Origin: Camelus ferus
Taxonomy: Eukaryota
Assembly (NCBI RefSeq): GCF_009834535.1
Contig: NC_045710.1
Location: 18,786,001-18,850,000 of the forward strand
Reading direction: 5' to 3'
Length of the DNA: 64,000 bases
Numbering within the stretch: the stretch's first letter is position 1; every line of letters starts with the position of its first letter. Under the pieces are notes generated by a model. It saw only the letters and a list, made by a program, of their open reading frames with translations. It ran no database searches and had not been told where the DNA came from. A program made the position numbers and the translations under genes. Shown here piece after piece: positions 42,829-55,479 of the stretch.

Positions 42829-45800
42829 CTAGGGACTGGGCAGAAGGCGATGGCTGGTTGGAGAAAAGCCAGGCCCTCTAGTAGGGGAGGCTGGCTGAAA
42901 CATAGCATTGAAGTGGGCACGGCTTTCAAGCTGCATACGGTGGCCCAGTGGAGAAGTGAGTCCACGGACAAAATGAATCCGAACCAGCCCTGACTGCCCC
43001 CCAGAGACCAGCCATCCATAGGAATCCAGGTTTGGGCTGAAACGTACCTGGGAAAAGAATAGAAAAACAGGAGAGATGCTCACAGTTGTTGCTTTAGGGT
43101 GAGTCCTAGCTGTAAGAGCAAAAAAAAATGGGCCACAATCTGAAAGGACAGGACCACGATGGGGTAAGAGGTAGGAATGAGAAGACCATGAATGAGGTAT
43201 GTCTATCGTGCTCTGGAGGATGAGGCTGCTGGAGCTGTTTTCCCTCCTTTGCCATCTCGGTTACCTTTTCATCTCCCATTTCGTTGATCACAGGCCCAGA
43301 GTTGGGAGAAAATGAGACGAAGGATGGCGAAGATGAGACAAGGTTCTCACCTTATGAATAGCTTCCAGCTGCAGCCTGTCCAGGCAGAGCTGCGAGTGCC
43401 CCTCTCCCTCCTGCATGCGCAGCATTGGTTCTCTGTGGAGCAGATCATGGAATGAACCCTGGGAAGGAGGGGTGTGATAGGAGAGAGAAAGCAAGCAGCT
43501 TCTTAGTTTTGCATCTTTGAGCTGGAACTCCTACTATACAAGGACTCAAATTTTCTACTTTTTCTAATGCCACACCCATTCTCCTGGCCTCAACTTACCA
43601 AATCTGTGTCTTGAAAGAGCAAGTAGTGATGGTTGACAGTTTCAGCATAAGTTCGAGCCTTGGGAGGGTTGGGGGCCCCAGATGAAGCAGAAGAGTGGTC
43701 TTGACCTTCAGGACTGTCCTGATATGGCATCAGATCTGCTTTATATATAGGCTAGAAAGGAAACCGTGAGATTAGGTTATATAATACTGAAAACTGAATA
43801 CAAGTTAAAGAGAGAAAATTGGTTTGGAGCAGGAGAGACTCAAAGGTGGAAGAAAGTAGTATGTTTAAACATACGTTCAGATGCACGAGGGTAGGAAAAA
43901 TTATACATAACTCTGTGCTATGACTTCAGAAAGACTATCAGGGCTGGGAGCCCTAGTACTAATTTGTACTCTCCTGCTAATTGGTAGCACTAATTTGGGA
44001 GGTCATGTGGATTAGGACCCAACAGATGGTGCTGCTATTAAGTATTCATATACGTACAAATCTCCGCTCTATCGGTCGCTTGACGTTTATTGGGTTCAGT
44101 GCCATATCAGGCAATATAGCTGCAATGAGCTCCCCAGATATATCTCCTGCGGCTATTGTCCCAAGCCAGTCGGATCCTGAAAGACTCTAATAAGAAGAGA
44201 CAGATTTTTTTTTCATTCATTCATTCATTCAGTCGTTCATTCATATACATTCAGTTCTGTGAACTGGTCTGGGGAGGGAAACATTCACACAAACAAAAAT
44301 GAGTTTATCATAACCCATATCCTTGATACAGTTACCACACACCTATCTTCTCTTTCTATCCAAAACTACTGCCTCTTTATGACCACCACTAGGTGAGTAA
44401 AGGAACTGTTTTCCTGTGTAATGAAGGTTTCGAAGAGAGGGGCTCACCCAGACAGTGCCTTTTCGAGGAGCAGTGAAGTAGGCCTTGAAACCAAGGTAAC
44501 CAGCATCAATATAATGAATTCCACAGAGTCCATAACTGTAAAAGAAAAAAGAAAAAAAACTTCCTTTTCCTAAGATTCATTTCTTTTCCCAGAATTCAAA
44601 CTCCCTCAGTGAGACAACCCTCAACCGTTCTCTCCCCAAAATAATCTTGCACACTGCACCCCAGCCCTCAGGGCCTGTCCCCAGAGCCCCTCCTCTCTCC
44701 ACCCTGCCGTACGAGGCATAGCAGTTGTCCTGAGCCACAGTGACACCATTGTAGGGGAGCAGCCAGGCCAGCTCTGTACTCAAGAAGCGCTTGATAGAGT
44801 TTATTGGTTCATAAGGTCGTCGAAGGTCCCAGAATTTGATTTTCCGGTCGCTTCCTGCAGAGACTAGGAAATGACTGTGGGAAGATGGGAGAAGATCAAA
44901 TCTGAACAAGTCTGGAAGAGTCAGCCTGTCCCAGTCTTCACCTCCCACCTCCACAATTCTCTGATACCTGTTAGCTTTGCACCACTGAAGGGTGCGCACA
45001 GCCTGGTCATGGGCTAGGAAACACTGGAAGGGGTAGAGCTTCAAGGAGCCGTCAGAGAGCCGTATCCGCTGCAGAGGCGAGTTTGTGGGAAGGTTCCAGA
45101 AAACTACCATGCCTGAGATAGGGACAGAATGTGTAGGTATTAATGTCAGGTTCTCTCTTCCTTGCTCTAATTTCTTTCTCTGGCTTCTAGGATCTATGTC
45201 TTCTGCCCTCTGGGTCTCTTAGATCTGATCCCTTAGGAACGGATATAGAGACCATGATTAGCTAGCCAACATTCCCTCCACGGTTTAAAGACTCAACCTG
45301 ATATTTTCAGTTCCAATTCTCATCAACAAAAAAGTAATAGCTCAGTCTGGGATCTGCAGTTGAAAGATAGGTTGAATACACCCAGTAGCCTCTACTCTCT
45401 ACTAAATATAAGTAAAGGGATTTTTCTTTTTTAAAGCATAAACCCTCTAGGACAGGGTTGGCAAACTACAGCCCATGGGCCAAATACAGCATGCTGCCTG
45501 TTTTGGCAAACAAAGTTTAGAACACAACCACACCCATTTGTTCACCCAATGTCTGTGGCCGCTTTCATTTTACAATGGCAGAGTTGGATAGTTGCAACAA
45601 TGGCCAGACAGCCTGCAAAGCATAAAATATTCACCACCTGAACTTTTACAGAAATGTTTGCCAATTTCACTCCAAGGCAAAGAGAACAGGCAAGGAGCCA
45701 AAAGTAAGCCAAAAGGAGTGGAATGGAAAGGAAAACAAATGGACAAATAGAAACTAACTCAGCTGACCTAAAACAAGTTGACCCCTGACCAGACTGGCAA

Positions 45801-48800
45801 AGGATGAGGTAATCAAAAGTATAACTCTGATAAAAATAAAAGACAAATTACAGAACAGTAAGAATTTAATAAACAAAAGTTGGAGAAAACATGTGAAGCT
45901 AAAATTCCCTTCATACATAAACTCAGGAAACGTAGAACCTAAGAGCCTTTCTTGAAAAAACTTGACAGTAAATTACAGCTAAGCAATGTAGGTAATTCAG
46001 CAATGGAGGGGGAGACTGAGATGAAAGGACTGCTAGAGACGTGCAATCACTTCAATACAGAGTTAAGATAAGTAACTTTGGGAATTAAGAAGGAAAACAG
46101 CATCGAGAATCACATCCCATGACAATGTAAGAATAATACCACCAAAAGAAACACAATTAGAAGATGGAGAGGCAGATGACAGGAAGCAGTGCTAATTTCC
46201 CTACCTCCCAAGCAGAAAGTCTACTGATGTGCCTAGAAGTGAAATTGTCATTTAGAAACAACTACAACCTAATAATGCCAATTGCTTATGTTATTTATAA
46301 CCTTCTATTTTTTCCTTTTTAATCTTAAAAGTATCTTTATACAACGTCTCTATGGTGAAGGAACATTCATGGAGAGCTTAGCTAACCTTTCAGTTTCACT
46401 TGCCTTCTTCTTCTATAAAATTGAAGTATAATTAAATGTAATCCTTTTTAAAAAAAAAAAAAATTTTTAGGGGGAGTAGTAGTTAGGTTTTTATTTATTT
46501 ATTTATTTATCCTTAGTGGCAGTACTAGGGGTTGAACCCAGGACCTTGTGCAGGCTAGGCACGCACTCTACCTCTGAGCTATACCCTTCCCTCTAAATTT
46601 AATACTTTTTAATCTAAAACAGTTTCTAGAGTATGATCCCATTTTTATAGAATTTGTTCTCTCTCCATCTAATTTTTTTATCTTTATACATGCATAGAGA
46701 ATCACATAAAATCAACTCATAATTATTTTTTGAGCAGAAAAATTCTAGGGACTTTTTTTCTTTCTTCTTTGTGTTTTTTCACATTGCATGAATATATGAC
46801 CATAATAATCATGTAACTATATAATGTCTAACACTAAACCAAAAAGGAAACAACAGCCAAAAAAACAAGCATATATAAAAGTTTAAAGAGCAATTGCTCC
46901 TTACGTTTTGTTTTGTTTTGTTTACCATTATAGTATCCAGCAGCCAGGTGGTGGTGGGGCCGGGTAGGCATCCAGGCCAGGCTAAGGCACTGACCACACT
47001 CAGAGGGGTCCGAAGCTTGCATAGACCCCACCTGCAGGGTTGCCACACATTGGACCTGTAGGGACAGAAGAGACAGGACTAGGGTCAGGGATAACTATTG
47101 TTTGGAACGAAGGCTCAAATCAGTGACTAATCCAGCAGGATGGGTAGATTTTTCAGGGGTAGAAGGAGACTTACTGTGGAATCAGTAAGGGAGGCTCTAG
47201 AAGATGGAGCCTCAGCCAAGGTAGCAGGTTCCTCACTCACCTTATAAATGGCAGGCTTCATTGCATCTGTGAGGGAAGAAGAGCAGTAACTGAAGAAGAG
47301 CTCTGGGTCCAGAGGACTGAGGTCCTAATTAATCAAGCCTTGCTCTTAGATCAGCCCCCACCCTTTCAATAATGCCTTTCCCTTACGCTCTTATCTTGCC
47401 ACCACCAAATGTATGAACCTGCCTATATCTGCCCCCCAAAATCTTCTTTCCTCCTGTTCTACCCTTCCTCCCATCAGAATGGCTAATCATGTCACTCTGC
47501 TTTCTTCTCATCCTCCCCTCTTCCAGAGTGTGGTTCATAGGGTTATCCTCCCCTTCTCCTGCACTGTCCACTTTCTCTCTGCCTACTGGATCACTCTCAT
47601 ATGCTCATGTAAACATGCACTCTTGTCTTCCATTTAAATCAAATGAACAAATCAAAGCCTTCTTTAACCCTTATTCACCTCCATCCTCCACCCTCATTTA
47701 TATGAAAGAATTGTCTTCACTTCCTCAACCTCCCACTCCTTCCTCAGCCCACTCTTCCACCTGACCACCAAACACGGGATTTCTCAGGGTTCAAATCTGG
47801 GTGCCCTCTTCTTTAAATCCTCAGTACTGTTGAAAAATAAATTCAACAAATAAGGGCTGCCTTTCCCTGACCCCTGCCTCTTCTTGCTCATCTTCAGCTC
47901 TATACTCTCTCCTTCTCTTCACAACAAAGAGAGTGTTTATGTGTGATGGGAGGGCAGAAGAGGCTGAGGACAGAATTAGGGGGATGAAGGGTATGGCAGG
48001 GGAGTCAAGGCCCAGCCTCCAGCCTCAGCCTTCGGCAGCTCTTTACACATCCAGTTAACTGTGGTGGCAAGAGGGGGAAGACCAGAGAGCACAGGAGAGC
48101 AGGGAAGAAGGGGAGATAAAAGGTAGTGTGCTGAAAGGGGGCAGTTAGAAGACTGTAAAAGAGAGCAGCACAAGAGGGCTGCCCAAGAGAGGTCAAGAAC
48201 AACGTGTGTGAAGTCAGAGTGGGAGAAGTGACTGGCTGAGGCCTTGTACTAGAGAGACTGGGCCCGGAGGAGTTCCAGGGGAGACAGATAGACCCCACTC
48301 AGCACTGGCCACAGCTAGAGCAGCCCCTTTCTCCCCGCTGTGCTACTCACCTGGGGGCTGCTGAGCCAGCAAGGCCTCAGGATGGGGCAGACTGAACAAC
48401 AGCACCTTCCCATCTGAGCAGGCAAGAGCCAGGAGACCCAAGCGGGGCAGGAGAGGGGCCTAGAGAGAGAAACCAGGTCTGTGCTGAGGCTTGCTGCCTT
48501 CAGGCATCTCTCAGAACACTTTGAGGTTCTGGTCTCTGACAATATGGAGTTGCTGGGAAAACTCCACCCACCACTCTCCAACCTCCCTTCTCCAACTCTG
48601 GGAATACCCAGGGCCTCTTTGTTCTGGCTCTGAGTCCTAGGGCCTTCTCACAGTCAACTGGGAGGTACCTTCCGAGGGGTGCCTGGAAGCTCCCATGCTC
48701 CACTGGGGCAGAACTTGAGGTCCCAGATGCAGCCATGGTCGCAAGCAATCCCATAGACAAAGTGGGCTCTGTTGCCAGGACTGAGAAGAGAAAGCATGTG

Positions 48801-51800
48801 GGGAGAATGGGTAGGAAGGAGGGGCCTGGAGCTGCCAAAGCCTGTGCTCCCCTTGCCTCAACCCAATCTGAGTCTTTCCCCTGTTCCCTGCCCAGCCCCA
48901 NNNNNNNNNNNNNNNNNNNNNNNNNNNNNNNNNNNNNNNNNNNNNNNNNNNNNNNNNNNNNNNNNNNNNNNNNNNNNNNNNNNNNNNNNNNNNNNNNNNN
49001 NNNNNNNNNNNNNNNNNNNNNNNNNNNNNNNNNNNNNNNNNNNNNNNNNNNNNNNNNNNNNNNNNNNNNNNNNCGAGGCTGCTGCCCCTTCTGGCACTGG
49101 GCACCAGTCCAGAGCCCAGAGCGGTCCCCCCGTGAAGAAGGACACATCCCACCGCTCTGGGTGTGCTGTGATAGAGCTAAATCTAGAGAAAAGTCAGAGA
49201 TGGGATGAACAAAGGAGTTAATAAAAGGTACTAAGGATCAGCAGGTGANNNNNNNNNNNNNNNNNNNNNNNNNNNNNNNNNNNNNNNNNNNNNNNNNNNN
49301 NNNNNNNNNNNNNNNNNNNNNNNNNNNNNNNNNNNNNNNNNNNNNNNNNNNNNNNNNNNNNNNNNNNNNNNNNNNNNNNNNNNNNNNNNNNNNNNNNNNN
49401 NNNNNNNNNNNNNNNNNNNNNNNNNNNNNNNNNNNNNNNNNNNNNNNNNNNNNNNNNNNNNNNNNNNNNNNNNNNGGAAGGTGGGGGGTGNNNNNNNNNN
49501 NNNNNNNNNNNNNNNNNNNNNNNNNNNNNNNNNNNNNNNNNNNNNNNNNNNNNNNNNNNNNNNNNNNNNNNNNNNNNNNNNNNNNNNNNNNNNNNNNNNN
49601 NNNNNNNNNNNNNNNNNNNNNNNNNNNNNNNNNNNNNNNNNNNNNNNNNNNNNNNNNNNNNNNNNNNNNNNNNNNNNNNNNNNNNNNNNNNNNNNNNNNN
49701 NNNNNNNNNNNNNNNNNNNNNNNNNNNNNNNNNNNNNNNNNNNNNNNNNNNNNNNNNNNNNNNNNNNNNNNNNNNNNNNNNNNNNNNNNNNNNNNNNNNN
49801 NNNNNNNNNNNNNNNNNNNNNNNNNNNAAAAAAAAGGTAATGCAGACAGAAAGGGAGCTAGTGTAAACTAACTTAAGCAAGAGCCAGGATACCACAGTCC
49901 ACAAGTGAGAACAGTCCTAGCCACCGTCTGTATCTTCCTCCTTCCCTTCCCAAAGTCTGTCTAGCTCTAGGCTCATCTTCAAAGATGATAGGCTGTACAT
50001 TCTGGTTTACTACAGTGTTCTCTCTAGGGCCAGTCTGTCCAGGTCTATCTGAGTAGATGTGACCTTGAACACTAGCTTAACCTTCAGTCTTCCTAGGCTC
50101 CCTCAGTCTGGCCAACAGTGATGAGTGCTGCAAGTTAGAGGGGGTTGACCAGATTTAGCCAGCACTCCTACCCTTCGGACCAACTGGGCCAGCATTAAGG
50201 CAAGAACAGGGCCAAACTATCATCCCCTTCAACATTCATTTTTCCTATTTCTGTCTCCCAGAGTGAGAAAAAGAGATGCAATCCTCACCTGTTTATTCGG
50301 TAGAGTGTTCCATCTTCAGGAAGTCCTTCACGTTGTACAGAAAACAGTGGAGACTTCTCCTCCTGGGGCAGGTAGGGAGCTGCCTCACTGGGGGTAGGCA
50401 AAAGGAACAGCCTGAATCTGGAAGAGTTTCACCCATCCCAAGATTCCCATTATAAATCTAGAGTCCTCTGTCACCATTCCATCTCCAGTGATGTCACCCA
50501 CTTCTAGACTTCAGAGATGTCTCTTCAACTTACAGTTCAGATAACAAGTGCCACTTCCAGGCTAAAGGAATCCATTCTGCAAACTCCCAGTATGAATACT
50601 TCTGGTCTCGGCTGGAGGAACAGAAGAAGCATTAATGAAGGAGGAGTGAAATTCTAGAGCAGTGCTGCCCAGTAAAACTTTCTGTGATGATAGAAGCAAT
50701 CTACTATCTGTGCTAAGACACTAGCCACCAGCCGCAAGTGGACACTTGAAATGTGGCTAATGCAACTGAGAAACTAAACTTTCAATTATATTTAATTAAT
50801 TGAAAATTAAATTTAAATGGCCTCATGCAGCTAGTGGCTACCATATTGGACAGCACAGCTCTAGAGCTCTTGCCTTTAGAGCAGTGTGTTTAGTTATGAA
50901 TGTCTTTACAGTGTTCTACCCTGTGCCTTTCTGCCTTTCTGCAGCCCCACTCCTAGATCATCATTTGCACTCCACCACCACCCTTTCATCCCCAGCCCCC
51001 ACCCCCCAGGTCTCACAGGTTCTTGGTGAGATGGAGGCACTTCCAAACAGGAGCCATGATGTGATTTGGTAAGCCATTGGGAGCCACTCCCCGGCAGTGT
51101 GGCTTCTGCTTCTGAGGATCAAATTGAAGAAAGTGTTAAGGAGAGAGAATTTCAAAGGCTGGAGAAAGTCCCCAGGAGCCAGCTTTCCCAGCTTTTACTT
51201 CTCTGCGCACTACTTCCTCTCTAACTTTTTCCCTATTTCCCTTAAAAGATTTATATCTCAACTACTACAATGACTTCTCCACCTTCTGCTCATACTCCTC
51301 TATCCCAACTACAAAAACCTGTTAACCTGTTTTCTGTTGATCTTCCTTGGTATGTCTCCATGGCACTTGATTCAGAGGGCTCCCATTTTCTTCCTGAAAC
51401 TCCTGTCCCATGGGATAGTCTCTCCTTATTCCTAATATTATTGTACTATAATATAATATTATTCCTCACTAATATTCCTTCACGGGCTCTCCCTCCTAAT
51501 AGGTTTGGTAGGTGATGGTATTTCCCAGAGTTCTTCTGTCTTCTTCTCAACCCTCAATACATGTACTCCTGGTAATCTCATCCCATGTCCCATGGCTTTG
51601 ACCACCAATTTTATGCCTGATTATCAAGTTTACATCTTAATAAATATAAACTTTACTCAGTTTCAACTTTCCTACAAATTCTAGACCCATACACTGGGTA
51701 CCAAGCCACACTAGAGCCTGAGGTAAAAGGAAGTATCAGTAATACAATTCCTGTCTTTATTTAAAATTTTGATATTTTCTTTATCATAGATTTGTTACAG

Positions 51801-54552
51801 TATTTTTGGTTTTTAAAATGCTGTATTGAGGTATTTATCTTGATTACTAAGGGGTTTGGTGTTCTCTGAAATGTTACACTTGGGAGAAGTAAGGCACAGG
51901 TCCCGTACATACGACTGGCAACCAGACATCTCCAGAAAGATGGCCCATGACCCACCAGTACCTCCAACTCAACATGTCAGAAAGTAAACTCATCACCTTC
52001 ACCCGTCCTGTGTTCCCTACTCTTCCCATTTTCCCAACTTCAGTGTTGGAGAGTACCATCTAAGCTAGAAATTCCTACTCCTTCCTTTCCTTCAGCTCCC
52101 AAGTGCTGTTAATTCTCTTATACATCCCGTTTCTGCCACCCACCTTCTCTCCCTTCATTGCTTAATTTAGGCTCTCACTACCTCTCACTTGGAGAACTGA
52201 AGCTGTCTTCAACCGTCAACTGCAAATTTACCTATTTTCCTAACTGATTATGTTACTTTTCTGAAAACCTTTGTTGTACAGAGTTTCTGCTTGGCATGAC
52301 TGAAGTTTTGGAAATGGATACTGGTGGTGATGGTTTCAGTACATTGTGAACGCACTGAATGCCACTGAGTTGTATATTTTAAAATGGTAAATTTTATGTT
52401 ACATCTATTTTACCATAACTAAACACACACATACACCCTTTGTTGGCTCCCACCAATTTTAGTCCTTTCATCCTCTCTAATTTAATCTTCCTCACCATTT
52501 TACCCCCCGCCCTATGCCACAGCCATAACCAATTTCTGGGAAAACCATCCTCTCCAGCAAACTTCTGTTCCTTTCAAGACCTAGCTCAACTATTGTTTCT
52601 TGGTGAAATCTAAGCAGTTAATCATCCTTCCTCTATATGCCCAAAGCATTCTGTTTGCTCCTGGTATAGCACTTGTCACACTGTGAGCTCTGTGATGCAG
52701 GACTCTGTCTTATTCATGTTTCTGTTTCCTAGCACAGAGTAGATGCTCAATATCTGAACAAGTAATCTTAAATTACACCCTCAGCCCCCGCAATCTTGAT
52801 TGTGTTTGAAGTTGCTCCTTTTTTAACCTATTTTGGCCATCCTAGGTACTAAGCCAAAGCTTTCCTTCTGGGCACCTTGCTGACCACCTAATAATCCTAC
52901 TAACTACTTCCCCATTCACTTTCATGTCCGTTCAGGTTACCCCTGAAGTGGATCCTCGTGCGGTGCTTCGGGGAACTGCAGGCTCAGGGTCAGATGAGCT
53001 CTCACTTGGGGCCTCACTTTCTTCTCCATCTTCAGCCTCAACCTGGAGAACGAAGTCTTCATCCCGAGTGGTGTCCTCCTCTACTTCCCTACCTTGACAG
53101 ACTGCCTGCTGCCGGCTTTTCTTCGGTTTGGTGGGGCTGCCCACCTTGGGGCTCTCAGGACAGGACACTGGAGCAGGCAGGGCTGTTGAGAGCTCTTCAG
53201 CCAGTTCCTGAAGATACAGAAGTGCCCTGTGGGACAGGGCAGAGTTACGGCCATACTCATAGACACTTAACCGAGAGCCCACTTTGCCAGACATTTGGCC
53301 AGTCCTTATCTCACTGGACCTTCCCAGTAACCCTGTGAAGCAGCTATTAATACCCCCTCCCCTTTGACAGATGAAGAAACAGAAACCCAGGAAAGTTACA
53401 TGACATGGCCAAGATGATTCACATTACATCTGTGGAATCTGAACCCAGGTCTTCTGACTCAAGTCCAGAGCACTTTTCACCCTACCACAGTCAAAGATCA
53501 TTGAGGGTAAAGGGAAAGAATGGAAAGGCACATATGTACTGACATATACTAGGCAGTAAAACTGCAATGAAGACTCAGAGGAAACTGTGAAAAATGTGAT
53601 AGGATACGAGGTACAGAAAGAAACCTCCTAGGTAGACAAATTTAGAAACAGATAAAAGTTGCTACAGTAAGAGTTAGAGGACTGCTCAAGTCCCCAGAAC
53701 CCAGACACCACCCCTGCTAACCCGAGACCTCATCATAGTCCTCTCATCTCTTCAACATCTGCCCCACCCTGATCCCTTCACCCTAGCCCCCCTCCATCAA
53801 GCTGTGCCCCACAATCCTTACACTTGGGCAGCCCTTCGGCGGGGTCGTTCCCCAGGAGGAGTCTCAAAGTCCTCAGGGGGCCTCTTTGGAGGTGGAGACT
53901 CTGGCTGATCTAGGTCTTTTGACAACTTCAGCAGTAGCACATCTGCCTTGGACTTTCGACCTCGTTTCTTAGTCATGGGGTTGGATAGAGGGTTGGATTG
54001 GTCTAAGAGACCAGGAACCAGAGGGGATGATGGAGGATTAGGCTGCTGGGGCCTTGTGGGGCCTTTCCGTGTCCTACCACCTCTCTTCCGGCCAGGCTTT
54101 GAGGCCCTAGGCTTTGGGACCTTTGACATCTCTGAAGAAAGATCTGTAGAGAAGAATATGGATCTGTGAGATGCGACCAGAACACAGACCTTTTTGGAAT
54201 AGATTACACCACACCAGGTTTGTAAGATCCTATGAGGTTACCCTGCTCTCATTCATTTTAAGCTGAGCTTGGGGGGATAAAAAGTTGAAGGGTCAAAGTA
54301 CATACCTTGCTGTTCCAGTCTGGAGAGGCTTTGCTGCTCCAGAGGGAGCCTCCTCTCATCAAGAGAATCTTCAAATCCAGGCAAAGGGGTAGGTAATGAC
54401 ATCTCTATGGAAGCCTCCACACTGGTTGTTTCTGAAGAGGCCTTGACATCAAGCTGGTTTAGCACCTCTTGTCTGGGAGAGTCTACCACAGTCATGTTCC
54501 CCACGGGGCCGGCCTCCCCCAGGGCAACACAGCCGACCCCGCAGGTATCCAT
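42829..54552 (-). CDS. GTF3C2: General transcription factor IIIC subunit 2 (TFIIIC110/beta, WD40), 911 aa, 18 coding exons; part of exon 8 lies in an N gap
   Basis: Exons (- strand): 54552-54306, 54143-53822, 53226-52941, 51111-51017, 50611-50534, 50387-50289, 49182-~48955 (visible to 49074), 48780-48669, 48459-48351, 47266-47241, 47055-46926, 45112-44968, 44874-44713, 44535-44448, 44186-44058, 43751-43599, 43458-43351, 43047-42829. Starts [18 protein letters not shown], has AT-hook-like KKRGRKSK, ends RLLPSP*. Lengths sum to 911 aa when the 39 gap residues expected from the ortholog are included. Confidence 0.96.
45453..45671. mobile_element. MER58A-like hAT-Charlie MITE
   Basis: CAGGGTTGGCAAACTACAGCCCATGGGCCAAAT...AAATGTTTGCCAA termini. 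Confidence 0.8.
46451..46593 (-). mobile_element. tRNA-Ala-derived camelid-type SINE (Vic-1-like)
   Basis: - strand GGGAAGGGTATAGCTCAGAGGTAGAG...GGGTTCAACCCC...(AAAT)n...CCTAACTACTACTCCCCC; A box 46571-46581, B box 46528-46538; 18-nt TSD with 2 mismatches at 46433-46450 and 46594-46611. Confidence 0.85.
48901..49073. other. Assembly gap (173 N) hiding the 3' half of GTF3C2 exon 8
   Basis: Run of N interrupting the reading frame after ...PEGAAAS. Confidence 1.
49249..49827. other. Two assembly gaps (49249-49475, 49491-49827) in GTF3C2 intron 7 separated by a 15-nt island
   Basis: Runs of N; exons 7 and 8 join in frame, so no coding exon is expected here. Confidence 1.
50660..50858. mobile_element. 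MER3-like hAT-Charlie MITE
   Basis: TIRs CAGTGCTGCCCAGTA / TATTGGACAGCACAG; 8-bp TSD TTCTAGAG (50652-50659) and CTCTAGAG (50859-50866). Confidence 0.85.
52275..52420 (+). mobile_element. L1MB-type 3' end fragment within L2 remnants
   Basis: GAAGTTTTGGAAATGGATA...GAATGCCACTGAGTTGTATATTTTAAAATGGTAAATTTTATG. Confidence 0.75.
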
Positions 54553-55055
54553 CAGCACCCCCTAAAATGGCCACCCCTGCATACAGAGACATACAAATGA
54601 GTAGAAGATAAAAGCTATTTGCACTAGTTCAGATTTTTCTACTTTCCTGTCTTTTCTCACAACCACCCCCCACCCCCAACCTCCCTCCACCTTCCTTGCC
54701 AACCAGAAACCCAAGCTTCCTGGTCATTTACTCAACAATAATTATGAAACATCTTCTACATGTCAGGCACTATTCTAGAAACTGGTAACATGGCAGTAAG
54801 CAAGACAGAAGAGGACCCTGCCCTCAAGAAACTTACATGCTAGTGGAGCTGACAATAAATAATAAAGCTACCACTTAGTAAACGCTTACTACGTACCAAG
54901 TATTGTACTAACTGCTTTATTTATATGGTTTAATTTAAATAAAGCTCATAAGGTTTCTTGTAAGGATATTAAAGTGAATGGACAATTATTTAATTCCTCT
55001 CCCTGAAACCCAATGAAATGAATCACCATCTCCTACTTAAAAAAAACTAAAAAAC

Positions 55056-55103
55056 AGAAAGAAAAGAAAAAAAGAGAGAGAGAGAGAAAAAAAAAAAAAA
55101 AGA
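55056..55103. repeat. Homopurine tract with (AG)n core and poly-A
   Basis: 48 consecutive purines on the + strand. Confidence 0.9.
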
Positions 55104-55259
55104 TCACCTGTTATGAATCTAGGGAAGGGCCACAAGTTTCTAAAATAGACCATAAAGAATAGCTGCCAGATACTATAAAGTTTAGATCAAATTGAAGGAG
55201 GGTAGACGACTTAAGCAAACATCTATCTTTGTGAATCAATCAAGGTACAGATTTATTTA

Positions 55260-55470
55260 AGAATAAAATATGACTATACATATATAAATTAAACAATAAG
55301 ATTTACTGTATGGCACAGGGAACTATATTCAATATCTTGTAACAACCTATAATGGAAAAGAATCTAAAATATAAATATATATATGGATAACTGAATCACT
55401 TCACTGTATACTTGAAATTAACACACTATGGTAAATCAGCTATACTTCAATAAAACAAACAAACAAAAAA
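55260..55470 (+). mobile_element. L1 3' end (artiodactyl-type)
   Basis: CAATAAGATTTACTGTATGGCACAGGGAACTATATTCAATATCTTG...CTATACTTCAATAAAAC; same family as 493-900. Confidence 0.8.
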
Positions 55471-55479
55471 ATAATAAGT

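Noticed and set aside
49218-49904. ORFs made largely of X residues (also at 303-570, 11957-12793, 48500-49221)
   Set aside because: Artefacts of translating through N gaps.
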